From: Eledone cirrhosa
Taxonomy: Eukaryota
Reading direction: 5' to 3'
Assembly: GCA_964016885.1 (NCBI GenBank)
Contig: OZ024743.1
Location: 349,804,001-349,868,000, forward strand
DNA length: 64,000 bases
In this document: positions 27,315 through 40,850 of the stretch, piece by piece
Layout: each line of letters opens with the position of its first letter
How positions within the stretch are numbered: the stretch's first letter is position 1
Notes under the pieces: generated by a model
Told to the model about the DNA's origin: nothing
What the model saw: only the letters and a program-made list of their open reading frames with translations
The model's database searches: none
Translations under genes and position numbers: made by a program

Positions 27315-27345
<31 letters not shown>

Positions 27346-27347
<2 letters not shown>

Positions 27348-27597
27348 CGAAGGAAATGTGGTAAGGAACCAAGTGGACCATAACGCACCAAAGTACTCAA
27401 TACTTAGGGTAGTAGAGTGGGTAATAGGAACGAGTAGGACCCCGACGGCTGAGCTCAAGCCGTTTCGACGGCTAATTCTGGACTAAAAACGCATTTTTAG
27501 TCCAGAATTTAGTCCAGAAATCCAAAATACATTTTTAGTTCAGAATTAGCCGTCGAAAAGGCTTGAGCTCAGCCGTCGGGGTCCTACTCGTTTCTAT
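27346..27597. mobile_element. (TA)n-embedded fold-back element, copy 1
   Basis: Internal inverted repeat (about 27425-27485 vs 27535-27597). A closely related copy lies in the opposite orientation at 28372-28565. Confidence 0.75.
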
Positions 27598-27624
27598 ATA
27601 TATATATATATATATATTCATATA

Positions 27625-27917
27625 TATGGTATCGTATGGCCTTAGGAGCGACATACGGCGTTTCTTTGGCATTTTAAGCCTTGCGGAGCCTATTCTTCTA
27701 CAGGCCTGAGTAGAGCAGATTTCTTCCAGAGAAGCATTGAAAGTGGCAGAGAGGCAGAGAGAAAGACATATAGAGAAAGAATTGCTCACAGTTCTAGATT
27801 AGTACTTTTTTTATCGACCCCGAAAGTATGAAAGACATAGTTGACCTTGATGGGATTTGAACTCTGAGAGCAGAAGGCCGGAACGAATGCCACAAAGCAC
27901 CGTATGCGACGTTCTAA
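27625..27917 (-). mobile_element. Old SINE variant with an alternative 3' tail
   Basis: The SINE head and body (27800-27917) run into a different tail, which is also seen after the SINE at 40700-40850. Confidence 0.55.
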
Positions 27918-28112
27918 CGATTCTGCCAATTCGCCGCTGTTACACACGTATTTATATATTTATATATGAGTGTGTGTGTATGTGTGTGTGCGCGCGAGTG
28001 TGTGTGTGCGTATGTGTATGTGTGAGTCAGTGTGTCTAGTGTCTAAGAAACATTTCATATATATATATATATAGATATATAGATATATATGTGTATATAT
28101 ATATATATATAT

Positions 28113-28313
28113 CTAAGGCGGGTAAAATTCCCGAGATCCATGGACGAGTTCTCTCCAGCGGTCTCTGTCACTCATTATCGCTCCCATGTCCTGCGTCTCC
28201 AACAGACCAGTGTCTGTCCTTAGGGCATCAACATACGTTAACCTTGGTCTTCCTCTTCTAGTGTGTCCATGAAGGGGCTCCCAAAGAGGCACTAAGTGCA
28301 ATGTCAACTCTGG

Positions 28314-28317
<4 letters not shown>
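28113..28317 (-). mobile_element. RTE-like LINE 3'-terminal fragment inside (TA)n
   Basis: HPEL...LWEPLHGHTRRGRPRLTYVDALRTDTG...MSDRDRWR is a typical RTE-group ORF end. Confidence 0.75.
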
Positions 28318-28371
<54 letters not shown>

Positions 28372-28376
<5 letters not shown>

Positions 28377-28565
28377 AGTAAGTAAGACCCCGACGGCTGA
28401 GCTCAAGCCGTTTCGGCGGCTAATTCTGTACAGAATTAGCCGTCGAAACGGCTTGAGCTCAGCCGTCGGGGTCTTACTTACTCCTATTACCCACTCTACT
28501 ACCCTAAGTATTGAGTACTTTGGTGCGTTATGGTCCACCTGGTTCCTTACCACTTTTCCCTCGCT
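28372..28565. mobile_element. (TA)n-embedded fold-back element, copy 2
   Basis: Near-perfect palindrome centred on TGTACA (about 28430). Each arm carries the 3' half of a hammerhead (GAA-ACGGC...GCCGU-C). Confidence 0.75.
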
Positions 28566-28639
28566 ATATATATATATATATATATATCGTTTCTGAATTA
28601 TTGGCAACATGACCTTCCCAAAGTATAACATTATATATA

Positions 28640-29096
28640 TATATATGCAAAGTTTTATTTAAATTGTTGGGTTACAACGAGTAAATAATTATAACTGATA
28701 TAAAAGCACTCAACAAGTATTTGGAGTATATTTACGATATTAAATAAATGGAAACTATATTTATAAAACCATATTTATTTCATTATATATATTTCAGGGA
28801 TATCATATTAAAAATATGTTATGCCTTCTTCAGACAAAATACAATATAAACAATCTTATAAATAGATAGATTCGACATACCTTTCAACTTCGACTTCCAT
28901 TTGAAAAGTTGATTTGGTAGTGAAAAATATTAGGGACAGTTATAAAAAGAAAGAAAGAAAAACGAAGAAAAAGAAGAAATGCATGCAACTAAATAGAGAG
29001 AGATATATATAGAGAGATAGATAGAGAGAAGAAATTCATGTAAAGAAACAGAGAGAGATATATAGAGAGAGGAAAAAAATACAGAGAGAGATAGAT

Positions 29097-29138
<42 letters not shown>

Positions 29139-29755
29139 AAATATAGAGAGATAGATATAGATAGAGATAGAGAGAAAGAAAATAGGTAGTTGGGCACCAG
29201 TTGAATGACGTATCAATGATATATTTATTTATTTATTTATTTATTTAGCTCTAGTATTAATGTAGAGAGAGATATATGTGGTTAGGAGAGAAAACAGCCG
29301 TTACATAGAGAGAGAAGAAAAATATCCAGACATAAACGAGGCAGATTTAAAACACTATGTTTCATCAATGTAAAAATATCAATTCGTATAAATCAGGCAT
29401 TATAATGTAAATATCAGTATTCATGAATGAGATACGTATCAATAATGTGTGAAAAATAATGATCATATGTCTAGTTTAAAATTCCTAGGTTTATATCAGA
29501 GTTGAGGTAAAATATTTTTTCTTCGTTTTTCTTTCTTTCTTTTTATAACTGTCCCTAATATTTTTCACTACCAAATCAACTTTTCAAATGGAAGTCGAAG
29601 TTGAAAGGTATGTCGAATCTATCTATTTATAAGACTGTTTATATTGTATTTTGTCTGAAGAAGGCATAACATATTTTTAATATGATATCCCTGAAATATA
29701 TATAATGAAATAAATATGGTTTTATAAATATAGTTTCCATTTATTTAATATCGTA
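28640..29755. mobile_element. Element with ~240-bp near-identical inverted repeats, each containing a hammerhead
   Basis: 28734-28972 is the reverse complement of 29516-29754. It is (TA)n-flanked, with a related fragment at 3160-3230. Confidence 0.8.
29647..29712 (+). ncRNA. Minimal type I hammerhead (mirror copy on the minus strand at 28776-28841)
   Basis: UAUUUUGU-CUGAAGA-AGG...CCU-GAA-AUAUAUAU-A-AUGAAAUA: 8-bp helix I (two G.U pairs), palindromic helix III, AUA triplet. Confidence 0.65.
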
Positions 29756-30165
29756 TATATATATATATATATATACTTTTTCTAAAAGTTAGGACTGGTT
29801 TCGGTCGATAAATATTTCGAGTTCCTCATACTAGAAAAAAAAAATGTATATAACAAAAAATACATAATAAGGTATCAAAACAATGTCTCCTTTTGCTGAA
29901 AATAGTATACCATTTAAAAAAGTGAAAACATAACTAACATTGAATTGACGGGAGAGGTATCGGCTGATTACTGAAGCCAAACAACAACGAAAGGAGGAGG
30001 AAAATCATGCCACTTTTACCTCCGTACGGACAACTGACGCTGCACACCAGGTCAGAACAGAGAAGAGCCGAACTCCCAGTGTCATCGACTTCATCTCTCT
30101 TGCCCCCCCCCCATCTCTCTGTATTATGAGCAAATGGGGTCCCAAATGGGGTCCATTATTTTATA

Positions 30166-30335
30166 GGTAGTATCGGTAGAGGGTTGGACGCCATGCTTTC
30201 TGGCATAGTTACGTCCTTTACGGTCTGAGTTCAAATCCCGCCAAGGTTAACTTTGCCTTTCATCCTTACGGGGTCGATAAAATAAAGTACCAGTAATGTA
30301 CTGATAATTGCTGGCCTTGTGCCTAAAGTAGAAAC
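30166..30335 (+). mobile_element. SINE copy (3' fragment also at 30816-30877)
   Basis: Family match. Confidence 0.9.
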
Positions 30336-30338
30336 AGC

Positions 30339-30378
<40 letters not shown>

Positions 30379-30422
30379 ATTAAGTCAAATATTTAAAATT
30401 TGGCTTCGTTTATTAAAGATGT

Positions 30423-30477
30423 ACTGCTATATATATTTCGGTGACAGCCATCATTGGCTGTGACCTCTTCAGGCAGT
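30423..30477 (-). ncRNA. Minimal type I hammerhead
   Basis: ACUGC-CUGAAGA-GGUCACAGCCA(AUGA)UGGCUGUCACC-GAA-AUAUAUAU-A-GCAGU: perfect 5-bp helix I, long helix II and palindromic helix III, with AATAAA downstream. Confidence 0.75.
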
Positions 30478-30527
30478 CTAAATCTGCATACTGAGGTGTC
30501 AGTAAACAACCAACATATACTCAAAAA

Positions 30528-30637
<110 letters not shown>

Positions 30638-30880
30638 TATATATACATACATATATATATATATATTGTTATACTTGGGGAGGGTCATATTTGTGCAATA
30701 ATATTGCCAGAATTAATAACAGAACACACTCACTGTTTGGTTGGTTTTCGCTTCTGTGTCTTTTCATGTCAAAAACCTCGCAAAACTAATTCATCGCCGT
30801 TATATATATATATATCGATAAAATAAAGTACCAGTAATGCACTGGGTTTTTGCTGGCCTTGTGCCTAAAGTAGAAACAGT

Positions 30881-30914
<34 letters not shown>

Positions 30915-31055
30915 CTTAGGTTAGTAGGAGTTAGGTATTATATACCCGTGTCCCGTTAAGGTATTGGCAGCATAATAATTAGCTCTATGCTTTGGAGCAG
31001 AGCCGTATATATGAAAAAGAACACAAGAGCGTCTACAACATCAAAAGAGTTTTAT

Positions 31056-31106
31056 TGGCTAACAATGTTTCTTCCTTACGTGTAACCGTAGGATTCATCA
31101 GAGCTA
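31056..31106 (-). ncRNA. Minimal type I hammerhead
   Basis: UAGCU-CUGAUGA-AUCCUACG(GUUACA)CGUAAGGAA-GAA-ACAUUGU-U-AGCC, immediately followed by AATAAA. Confidence 0.6.
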
Positions 31107-32109
31107 TAAAAGGGGTTTGATTGGTGTTATGGACTCTACCAACCAAACACCCAAGAACAAAGGGTAGAGAGAGTAAAGAGCAAAAGTAGGGGACGATAAG
31201 TCTAATTTTGGTGCGGGAGGGTGGGGTGTTGGTCCTTGTTTACTAGCTGCGGTCATATTCATTCCCGGGGGTCGGGTGGTTAGCTGAACCATATATATAT
31301 ATATATATATATAAAGGTTCTCGGTCCTACGCAAAAGCTTTTTCCGTTTTGAGAGCAAAATATGTGTTCGAGTAGAAATACCCGTTTGTATCTACCTGTA
31401 CTGTTTATTTTCTGTTCGGTTAATTTGACATGTTGCTTTATGCTGCTCTTCCCTGCCTAAAAAAAGTAATGCACTGTACGATGAAGTAGTAATAATAAAA
31501 TCCCTCAAACCTACCGGACGGCTGAAAAGTAGAATATATTCGTGAATTTGTTTGTCGTTTATACTCGTCTTTCCATGTTCTCATTTACTAATATTTAATA
31601 TACTGGTAACTGCTACACGTCAATATCGCTCACTTGCGCCCCAACCACTACCACTATTGTTTTTTCTATGACTATCTTTGCGCCCCTACATTTACTTCTC
31701 CCTTTTTCGTTTAGTTCTCTCTCTCACTTCTCTTTTCCTATGCATGTTTTATAAAATCTTTGTTTCCAGACCTTCTTATCTCGTTTTTCTTTCGATTCGC
31801 ACAGTTCATCTCTATCTATTTTGTGAATACTTTTCGGACGAAAGTCCTTATATTTTCTTGCTTTCCAGCGTTACCTACTACACTTATAGTTAGTCGATAT
31901 GTTGCACATTTGTCGCCTCACCACGAAAAATCAGAATTGATGTTGTGGTCATTGTTTTGCTGTCCTTAACTGATTTGGCATGCTGTATTTTGCATGTGTG
32001 TTTATCTCAGAGGCCCTTCCAAAAGGTTCGTCGTGTCCATCTCTTCTTCAAACGTCCATTAGAAGCAATCTATCTATCGATCTAGTTAATTCGGACAAGT
32101 GAGCTCCAG

Positions 32110-32700
32110 TAGATCAAAATGCCGATGCAACATGAACATTTCCCCCTATTATATAGCAGTGTAATGAACTTGTTGATCGATGTACGATAAGTGAGATTTT
32201 CCTCTGGGTCTTTTTTCCATAAGTAGGTTTCCATACCGATAGGTTATGGACTATGCCGACTTTGTTTCTGCAGCAGTTACCAATGATACTTAATCTACGT
32301 TGGCGCAACGTAGTTGTTATTACTGGTAGATTGGCATAAAGCTCAGCATAAATTTCAGCATCGGTTTTACGTTCCTTACTTGTATGTATGTATGTATGTA
32401 TGTATGTATGTATGTATGTATGTATGTATGTATGTATGTATGTATGTATGTATGTATGTACGTACGTATGTATGTATGTATGTATGATGGTATCCAATGA
32501 TGTTGACTTGTTCTTCTTTTTGGTAAATATCATCTTGGTTAAGAGAGTGGGACTGGCTTTGAGCAGTGCCTTTGCTCACTATAAAAGCTTCACGGCACAG
32601 GCATTGCTTTATATCTGGAGATCTCTCTGCACTTGTCGTCACATGGTACCATGGACCCAGCACTATGTGTCAATAATTGTCACAAGTGTAGTGTTTGTAC
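32110..32700 (-). mobile_element. Degenerate RTE-like LINE fragment split by a (TATG)n microsatellite
   Basis: ELYANLPVITTTLRQRRLSIIGNCCR...VWKPTYGK; similar in type to 28113-28317. Confidence 0.6.
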
Positions 32701-33199
32701 CAGAGTTTTCAAGTCGCAGGCTGGACTAAAAAGTCACACACATTCAGCGCATCGGTAGGGGTTCTCCTACATGGATATAAAGTAGTGGCCGTACTCGAAA
32801 ACGTGTTGGCAGCCACCATGTATGTTTGTATGCATGTATATATGTATATATGTTTGTACGTGTGTACTTCCGGTTTTATTACTTTATAAATGTTGACCAA
32901 TAGAGCGAGAAGCGGTTTCTAACATAGAAACAAAATTATTTCATTGAGATTCAATAAATACGTATGTGGTTCTGTGTGTGTGGGGGGGGGGGGGGTATGG
33001 GTATTGATGCATGTGGATCTGATTGTTTTGAGGTATATGTGTACACGTTCATATGTTGTGTATCTATACATATGTATATGCGTATTTAACATGCTGAATT
33101 TCTTAAATGTTTTACATATTTTTATATTTCCATTAATAGACTATACTTGCAATGTCCTAACAGGCCGTGCCCTTTCTGGTTATGTAAAGCCGAGTTTCT

Positions 33200-36100
33200 C
33201 ATGATTTGTACTGAGGCAGTTAGTAACATAACACAAAGCCGCAATTATCAGAGATAGAAACCTAAACGCATAGTTAGAGTGGAGTATCTGCACAATTCTT
33301 ACTTATGACAGCATATGTGTTCTCTTTATGCTAAGCTTTTGCATTATAGTGACATCAGCTGGAGAGCTGATTTTTCACTACTGTGCATGCCTTCTTTTCT
33401 CTGTCCCATAAAACTATATCTGGTATGTTATATTTGCATCTTATGGGAGATTTGACTGAAACATTGCACAAATACTTTTTCATATTACGTAATCATGTGT
33501 CCTTCCCAGCATTGTAACTTTTTACGATTTATTCTCATGGCGATCATTTTATGGTTGTATTGTATAGGGCTTTGGCCATTACATCATGCCTCATAAGTAA
33601 ATAGTATTGTGATGATATCTTTGGACAGCTGCTTAAATTGTGGTCGACACCTTCGATATTTAATCCATAGAGTCTGCTTCTGCTGTAACATCTGGGCGTT
33701 TTGCCTGAATCCCTATCACTTTCATGCATTAGGTGTTAAGTTGTTATTTCCTGTTCTTGAATTGCAAAAACATATCCTACAAGGTGAGAGCCAATGTACC
33801 GGTTGTTGGTCCAAGAGAAACTGCAATGATTATCTATATTACTCTCACGTTGAAGTTAGTTTTCTGGCTACATAGCCATACATCAATTATTACTAATAAG
33901 CATGCATCTTTTCATCGATGGATTGCTGTGCAATTTACCTAGGTGCAAGGAATATTCCTTAAGGAGCTCTTTCCCAACTCCCATGATATTTTCTGCTTCA
34001 TGTGGACAGGCTTGCTCTATAGGTGTATTTGTTGTATCGTAGATATTGTCCGAGAGATATGATGCGACACACAAATGTTGTTTGTACTAATGTTAAGCAT
34101 CGGCCTCCCTATCTATGTTTCAGGTAGAGGCGGTCAATGTCACTAATGAGATGGAAATTGCCGATGCCGGTTAGAATTTGGGGATTTTAACATCAATGTG
34201 TTGGATCGTATCTAGTGTCCTGTCCAGTAGTCGAATACTGGCGCCAACACAGGCCCAGCAAACACATTGTGGGCCATGGATTTAGTGTGCCTAGAGAGTT
34301 CAGAAGACCACACTTTTCTGATTTGGATGTTACATAACCTTTATACTCGTCCCTTATCACAAATACCATCATAGGACATATTTTCATCTGTCCCTAAGTC
34401 ACTATAGCCGCATCGTCAGATATCGGTGAAATAGTCAGGTCATTCATAGAAATATTGCCCGACTGGCTTATAATTTCTTTCTCTCTTTACAATCCTATAG
34501 GAACGGATATCGCGGTTAAATTCCATTCCTATGACGAATGTCGTAACCAAGTCAAGGTTTTTCTTCATACCATTTTCTGGCATAAAGTTTCAGATCATCC
34601 ACAGATAAACTATGTGTTAGGTTTGTGTTTCTGACTTCCTGTGAACCAGTTGCGTACTCTTCATATTTCCTTAGCATAAAGGACAAGGGCTTTAGTGACA
34701 AGATAAGTTGTATCACAGAGAGACTATATCTTGACATATAACCCTGTGGTATTCTATTTGATCAGTGACAATATCATACTACCTCTCTGGATTTAACGTC
34801 AGGATAGTAGCCCAAGAAAAAGGTCAGTTCTCTATGACTCGGCAAGAGAGGGAAATAGAATAGAATGCTTTTGGGTAGTTCAGCCAGACTGTAGCTAAGT
34901 TCCTGCTGTGTCACCGTACCTCTGACATGTCGGTTTGTTAATTAGGAGTTACTCAACACAACCAAACTCCTTTCTTCTAAGCTGGTTGCTCATCTGTGAT
35001 GATTTTGTTATTGCCACCGGGATCCTGGAGGTATAGTTTCAGATACACTATATACATTTAATACATTAGGTTCTGCTATACAATAGGTTGTTAGTTTTTT
35101 GCCAAGTGGGTGTCTTTGATTGGGGGTACCAATATTGTTTGTGTTAATTTCAACCAACATGGTATATATACATCTATCTTAAGAACTTGCTGGTAGATAA
35201 GCTACATCGGATAGAAAGTCAGTTTTCTGTATCAGTAGCCGACAATCAAGTATTACTTGGTGCTTTCCTATTTTTAAGTTTTCCTATCACAGTCTCAAGG
35301 GTATCATCATTGATGCTGTATGTATTTGGTTTAATGGAGGGATATTTGTGCTTTCAGATCTTTTTCAAACACACTGCATCTTAGTTGAATTTCATTTCCT
35401 CATCCCATATTTTTTTTTCCAGAAGGAATCTATGTATTTCTGGAATGGGCCCTTATGGACATTTATTGATTTTCCCTTCTTGTCTGTATAGACTGATGTT
35501 TGGTTTCGGTTGAATCATTTATTAATTATTTTCTGTTTCGCCACCCATTTCATATATCGGAGTTTTTCGATGACATGTCTCAATTCTTGTTCGAAGTTAA
35601 TCAACTTGTATTGAAGAATTCTTCTTGTGCTGTGTCTGCAAATATCATTTCTATTTCATCCTTTTACTCTTTGTTGGTGAACAGTATTTTTCCTCTTTTA
35701 CAAGTGATAAGCATTATCACATGGCAGATAGTTTTCCGTAGGTCAGCAATCTTCTTTTATATTTTGAAATATATGTTGGCATTCTTTGTGTTGTTTTCTT
35801 TCTGTTACCATCTCTATTATCACCATGATAATGTTTCACTATTATTGCTACGGCATATTGGTAGGCATTAACAGGTTGAAATGTAGGAGCTTTAAATTGT
35901 CGTAAAATATTTGCCTCTAATTTTGTCGATAGTACGCAAACTTTCATTATTTGGTTTCTTGTTTAAAATTGTCGTTTTATGTCTTTTATTGAGAGACAGC
36001 TTCATACACAAATTAATATACGTTTGGAAAGTTTCACTATGGATATATTTTATCTGTGTATAGTCTTGCCAGCTAATTGTAGATTTATCATTGTCGGTAT

Positions 36101-36780
36101 GTTGATGTTGGTTAATGTTACTGCAGGATATAGCAACCAAAGTATAGTCTGTTGTGATACGTCGTGTCACATTTGTTGCTAGCTTGGCTATTTCAAGTGA
36201 CTATTTGTGTATTGCTATTGTTTGTTGTTGACGGTCCGGTTGGCTACGAGAGAAATCAGTAACATGGTAGTCTGTTATGATACGTGTTGATTGTATGTCC
36301 GATCTAGGGGACTAGTCACTGCTTTGAATAATTTTTGTTAGTTTTATATTCGACAGACGGAGCTTGTTGACGTAATTGTTTGGCTGCAAAATAATTTAGC
36401 TCGAGATGAATTTCGTCACAGAGTAGTTTCATTCTGTTTCATTCTGTTCATATTTCCATATTGCCATTTTACAAGAATTAAATAGGTCGTTATTAAGTAC
36501 ATAGATGAAAGAAAAATGTTAGTTATAGTTTCGGTACCTTCTGTAACTGAACTATTCTTTTTCTTACCCTCGATGTTGTTTTTCTTCGATCCAGTGTTGT
36601 TGATGTTGTGTCTATCCAGGTTATTTGCAGCAAATCATTGTAAAGTGAATTCAATATACAAACGGATATCTCTACGACTTCCAATAAAGGGTATCTACAG
36701 AATATGATCTGAAGTATATCCACATATTTAACAGAGCTGGTAGTTGTAGAATTACTGTTAGAGAGAGTAAACATCATAAT
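33200..36780 (-). mobile_element. Heavily decayed R4/Dong-type non-LTR element (RT, CCHC, restriction-like endonuclease)
   Basis: Remnants include LTHSLSVDDLKLYA (RT), RLYG...VDHNLSSCPK...YLLMRHDVMAK (CCHC plus RHD) and a PD-type endonuclease near 33350-33430. Confidence 0.75.
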
Positions 36781-37379
36781 TTTAATGAAGAGACACCCGC
36801 ACTATATGTTCGACTGATTGCGTCAAGTGTGTATGTATGTATGTATCGGGTCACTCTTGAGTGCTACTGGTAACATGTAACCTAGTACAACCTGTCACTT
36901 GGTCGTGTCGTCAGCAACTAAACCGGCAACCCCACCGAGTTTACTTGGTGAGGAGGGTGATTTTGGACATTCTGCATGAGAAAAATCAAAACCTGACAAA
37001 GGGCGGAAGAACTCATAAGAGACAACGGCCATCCAAAGTATATATGTATATACACATGTACATATGTGTATATATGTATATATATACATGTGTACATTTG
37101 TGTATATTACGCGAGGGCATAGAAATAATCGGGCTGGATACCTACTCACGCGGTTAAACCACTGGGAGTGAAGGACTCCTATTTTTTGTCGGGGCATTCT
37201 TCTAAGAGAAGGCAACTCAGGAAACTGGCATAACCTGAGGCTCAGTAGTTAACGATGATGTTGATCTCTTCTTTTTTTCGGGTTATAGCTACTGTCGCTC
37301 AGAGAGTGGGATTGGCTCAGTGAGCAGTCTTTCCTCACTTAACAAAAAATCTTCACGCACAACCATTGCACGATGACAT

Positions 37380-37560
37380 TTGGATTGGTAGTATCGGTAG
37401 AGGGTCGGACGTCATGCTTTGAAGCATAGAGTTACCTCCCTATATGATCTGAGTTCAAAACCCGCCGAGGTTAACTTTGCCTTTCATCCTTACGGGGTCG
37501 ATAAAATAAATACCAGTAATGCACTGGGGTATTGCTGGCCTTGTGCCAAAAGTAGAAACA
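37380..37560 (+). mobile_element. SINE copy
   Basis: Family match; 3' hairpin TGGC-CTTGT-GCCA at 37536-37548. Confidence 0.9.
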
Positions 37561-37928
37561 ATTAATTAACAATTATTAATAATGTTATATCGTGCAATCG
37601 TCATACTCGATAAGAAGGGGGCAGCTATCTTTGTGTATGTATGTAATGATCGTGTCTATGTTGGAATGTGTGTATGTAAGTATGTATGTAATTATTGTTT
37701 GTATGTATGTACGTAAGTATGTATGTATGTATGTGTATGTTAGTGGGGGTGTGTGTGTCCGCGTGTGCTTGTGGATATATGAATATGAAGATAATGAGAT
37801 AGATAGATAATGGTGACTGATAGATAGATGCAAAGAAGATGATTAATACATTTGGGACATGAAAGCATACTGATAGAATTCTATAATAAATTTTGTGACA
37901 AGTATTTTATTGGAATGTATGGTTTCAT

Positions 37929-38220
<292 letters not shown>

Positions 38221-38830
38221 ACGTGTATAGATACATATATACGTATAGATGAGTGACTGTGTGTACCTGTTGTAAATTACGGCCTTTGACAAAATGCAAA
38301 TGTAATTGTATTCCAATAATAGGAAAAAATATCAGACCTGATAGCTAATCACCGCATAAATAGATTTATTCTGAGTTCATAGAATAATGGGTGGCATTGC
38401 AATACGCTGCTTTCGTCAAAAACACATCACCACGCCGATGGCAACAATGATACATTAGAAACCTGTGTTGGCGTATCTTAAACTCTTCGTTATGTCTTGA
38501 AGCAACATTAGATCTATACTACGGGAGTGAAAGCAGATTCATGTTTGCAAAATAGTCAAGGAGATGCTAGTTGCATTGTGTGTGCGATTTGTGTGTGGGT
38601 GCTTTTGTGGTATTTTCTTTTTTATTATCTCAGAACAAATTGAGATGTTCGACTCTAAAGAGCAGTTTGCATGCTGTTACCATGTGCTATTAGATCAAGC
38701 CTGATTACATAACAATGCTTCAGACATTTAAATGTTTACAGATGTCACGAGGTTTTCTGCCTACACATTAGCTATCTCCACCTTGTAAGTAAGTATTCAT
38801 AGAAATATATATATATATATATATATATGG

Positions 38831-38944
<114 letters not shown>

Positions 38945-39691
38945 GTATGTATTTATGTATATATGTATATATTCTATATATATATACATATTTACATATG
39001 TCTGTATGTGCGCCTGTGTGTGAAATCTGTTTTCGAGCTATACAACACATATACAGATCATATAAAGCGTTTATTAGTTTACTGAATAACACACATACAC
39101 ACATACACAGACATATTTATACAAACAAACTGACATATACTCACTTTATCTACTAATAATGATATTTCTACTATGAACAAGGTGAATATGCTCCATAAAT
39201 CATCTCGCCTATTCTTTTGGTAACTTACTATATCCCCCCTATCATAAATCCTCAAACTAAATGCTACACCCAATTGCATATTTCCAGTTATATTGCTCAG
39301 AAACACTTTGTCGGTTCAAACTTTTCCTACTGATATCAACTGACAGAAATTCCAGCATCCTGAAATATTAGATCTGGGAAGGCCCTGTTCTTGGAATATG
39401 TTACAACAATGTTGCTGACAGTGAAAAGATAACATTTTAAGAGTAAAACTATATATTAGTGCTGTAGTGTGCCGAATTCCATCTGGTACGCTTCATATGT
39501 CCTTGCGTCTTTTAGATACTATCGTAGACCTCTCGCGATATATAAACTGACTAAACCCTGACGAAAAGGGACGATACAGATTTATACACATACACACGTG
39601 CGTGCGCACACAAACAACCGCACGCCTATTGATTGATAAATCTTTTTGTTGTAATAAATGTTACATTAAAATTATATCTGTTTATTATTAT

Positions 39692-39861
39692 TAGTATCGG
39701 TAGAGGGTCGGACGCCATGCTTTCCAGCATAGCTACGTCCCTTTACGATCTGAGTTCAAATACCACTGAGGTTGACTTTGCCTTTCATCCTTACGGGGTC
39801 GATAAAATAAAGTACCAGTAATGCACTGGGTAATTTCTGGCCTTGTGCCTAAAGTAGAAAC
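39692..39861 (+). mobile_element. SINE copy between (ATT)n runs
   Basis: Family match; TTATTATTATT on the 5' side and ATTATTATT on the 3' side. Confidence 0.9.
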
Positions 39862-40020
39862 AATTATTATTTCAGTATTTATAACCAGTTTTATGCATCG
39901 TAAAAATTGTTTCAATTTCTCTGTAAGGCGGTGTACATATATCTGTGTCCGTGTGCGTTTGTGTGTGTGTGTATGTTGTGTGTGAGTGTGCATGCGTGTA
40001 TATGTATGTGTGCTTGTGTG

Positions 40021-40056
<36 letters not shown>

Positions 40057-40277
40057 AGAGTGTGTGTGTGTGTGTTGTGTGTCCATATATCTTTTGTTCT
40101 TGTTTCCATCATTAGGCTGCAAATATGCTTGTACTCTGTCCTAACAAGATCTATTTTTATTGGAGCGCTAAGTAAAGGGACATAACCATACAGTAAATAT
40201 TTATTCGTCTATATTATATCGCCGTTAATGAAAAATAGTTTTGTGAGTTACATGTTTCCAATGGATTATTAAATATT

Positions 40278-40459
40278 TGTTTCTACTTTAGGCACAAGGC
40301 CAGCAATTACCCAGTGCATTACTGGTACTTTATTTTATCGACCCCGTAAGGATGAAAGGCAAAGTCAATCTCGGCGGGATTTGAACTCAGATCGTAAAGG
40401 GACGTAACTATGCTGGAAAGCATGGCGTCCAACTCTCTACCGATACTGCCAATCCACCG
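40278..40459 (-). mobile_element. SINE copy with an ~20-bp TSD
   Basis: CCAATGGATTATTAAATATT at 40258-40277 and 40460-40479. Confidence 0.9.
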
Positions 40460-40529
40460 CCAATGGATTATTAAATATTAATGGAGATTTAAGCATATGC
40501 AAATATTTAAGCAATTCAGGAATGGGATG

Positions 40530-40850
40530 ATTATGGCACTCCCGTAATTCCTGAGGGAGTAGGGGCATCGTATACGGCATTTCCTGAGAATTTTAAAGCC
40601 TGGTGGTGCCCATCCCTCTGCAGGTCTGAATACAGCAGATTTCTTGCGACGAAGGATTGAGAGCGAGAATATGAGACGGAGATATAGAAGAACCAGCCCA
40701 AGTACTTAAATGGTACATTTTTATCGACATCGAAAGGATGAAAGACAAAGTTAGCCTGAATGAGATTTGACCTCAGAGAGCAGTGAGCCGGAGGTAATAC
40801 TACAAAGCACTCTATTCGATGTTGTAATGACTCTGCCAATTCGCCGCCTT
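40530..40850 (-). mobile_element. Old SINE variant with the alternative 3' tail
   Basis: Head and body at 40700-40850, followed by a tail homologous to 27625-27795 (AAGAAATCTGCT...CAG(A/G)CCTG). Confidence 0.55.

Larger units (their letters stand above)
24595..27317 (+). mobile_element. 5'-truncated Penelope-like element (Neptune-like) with a long C/A-rich 3' region
   Basis: RT motifs MGPNYANLF and RYIDDCIG, a CxxxxCxxC motif and GIY-YIG (LVYGLRC...YVGQTGRRLADRVTEH). It has a terminal hammerhead core at 27197-27224 and AATAAA at 27263-27268, and is followed by (TA)n. Confidence 0.9.
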
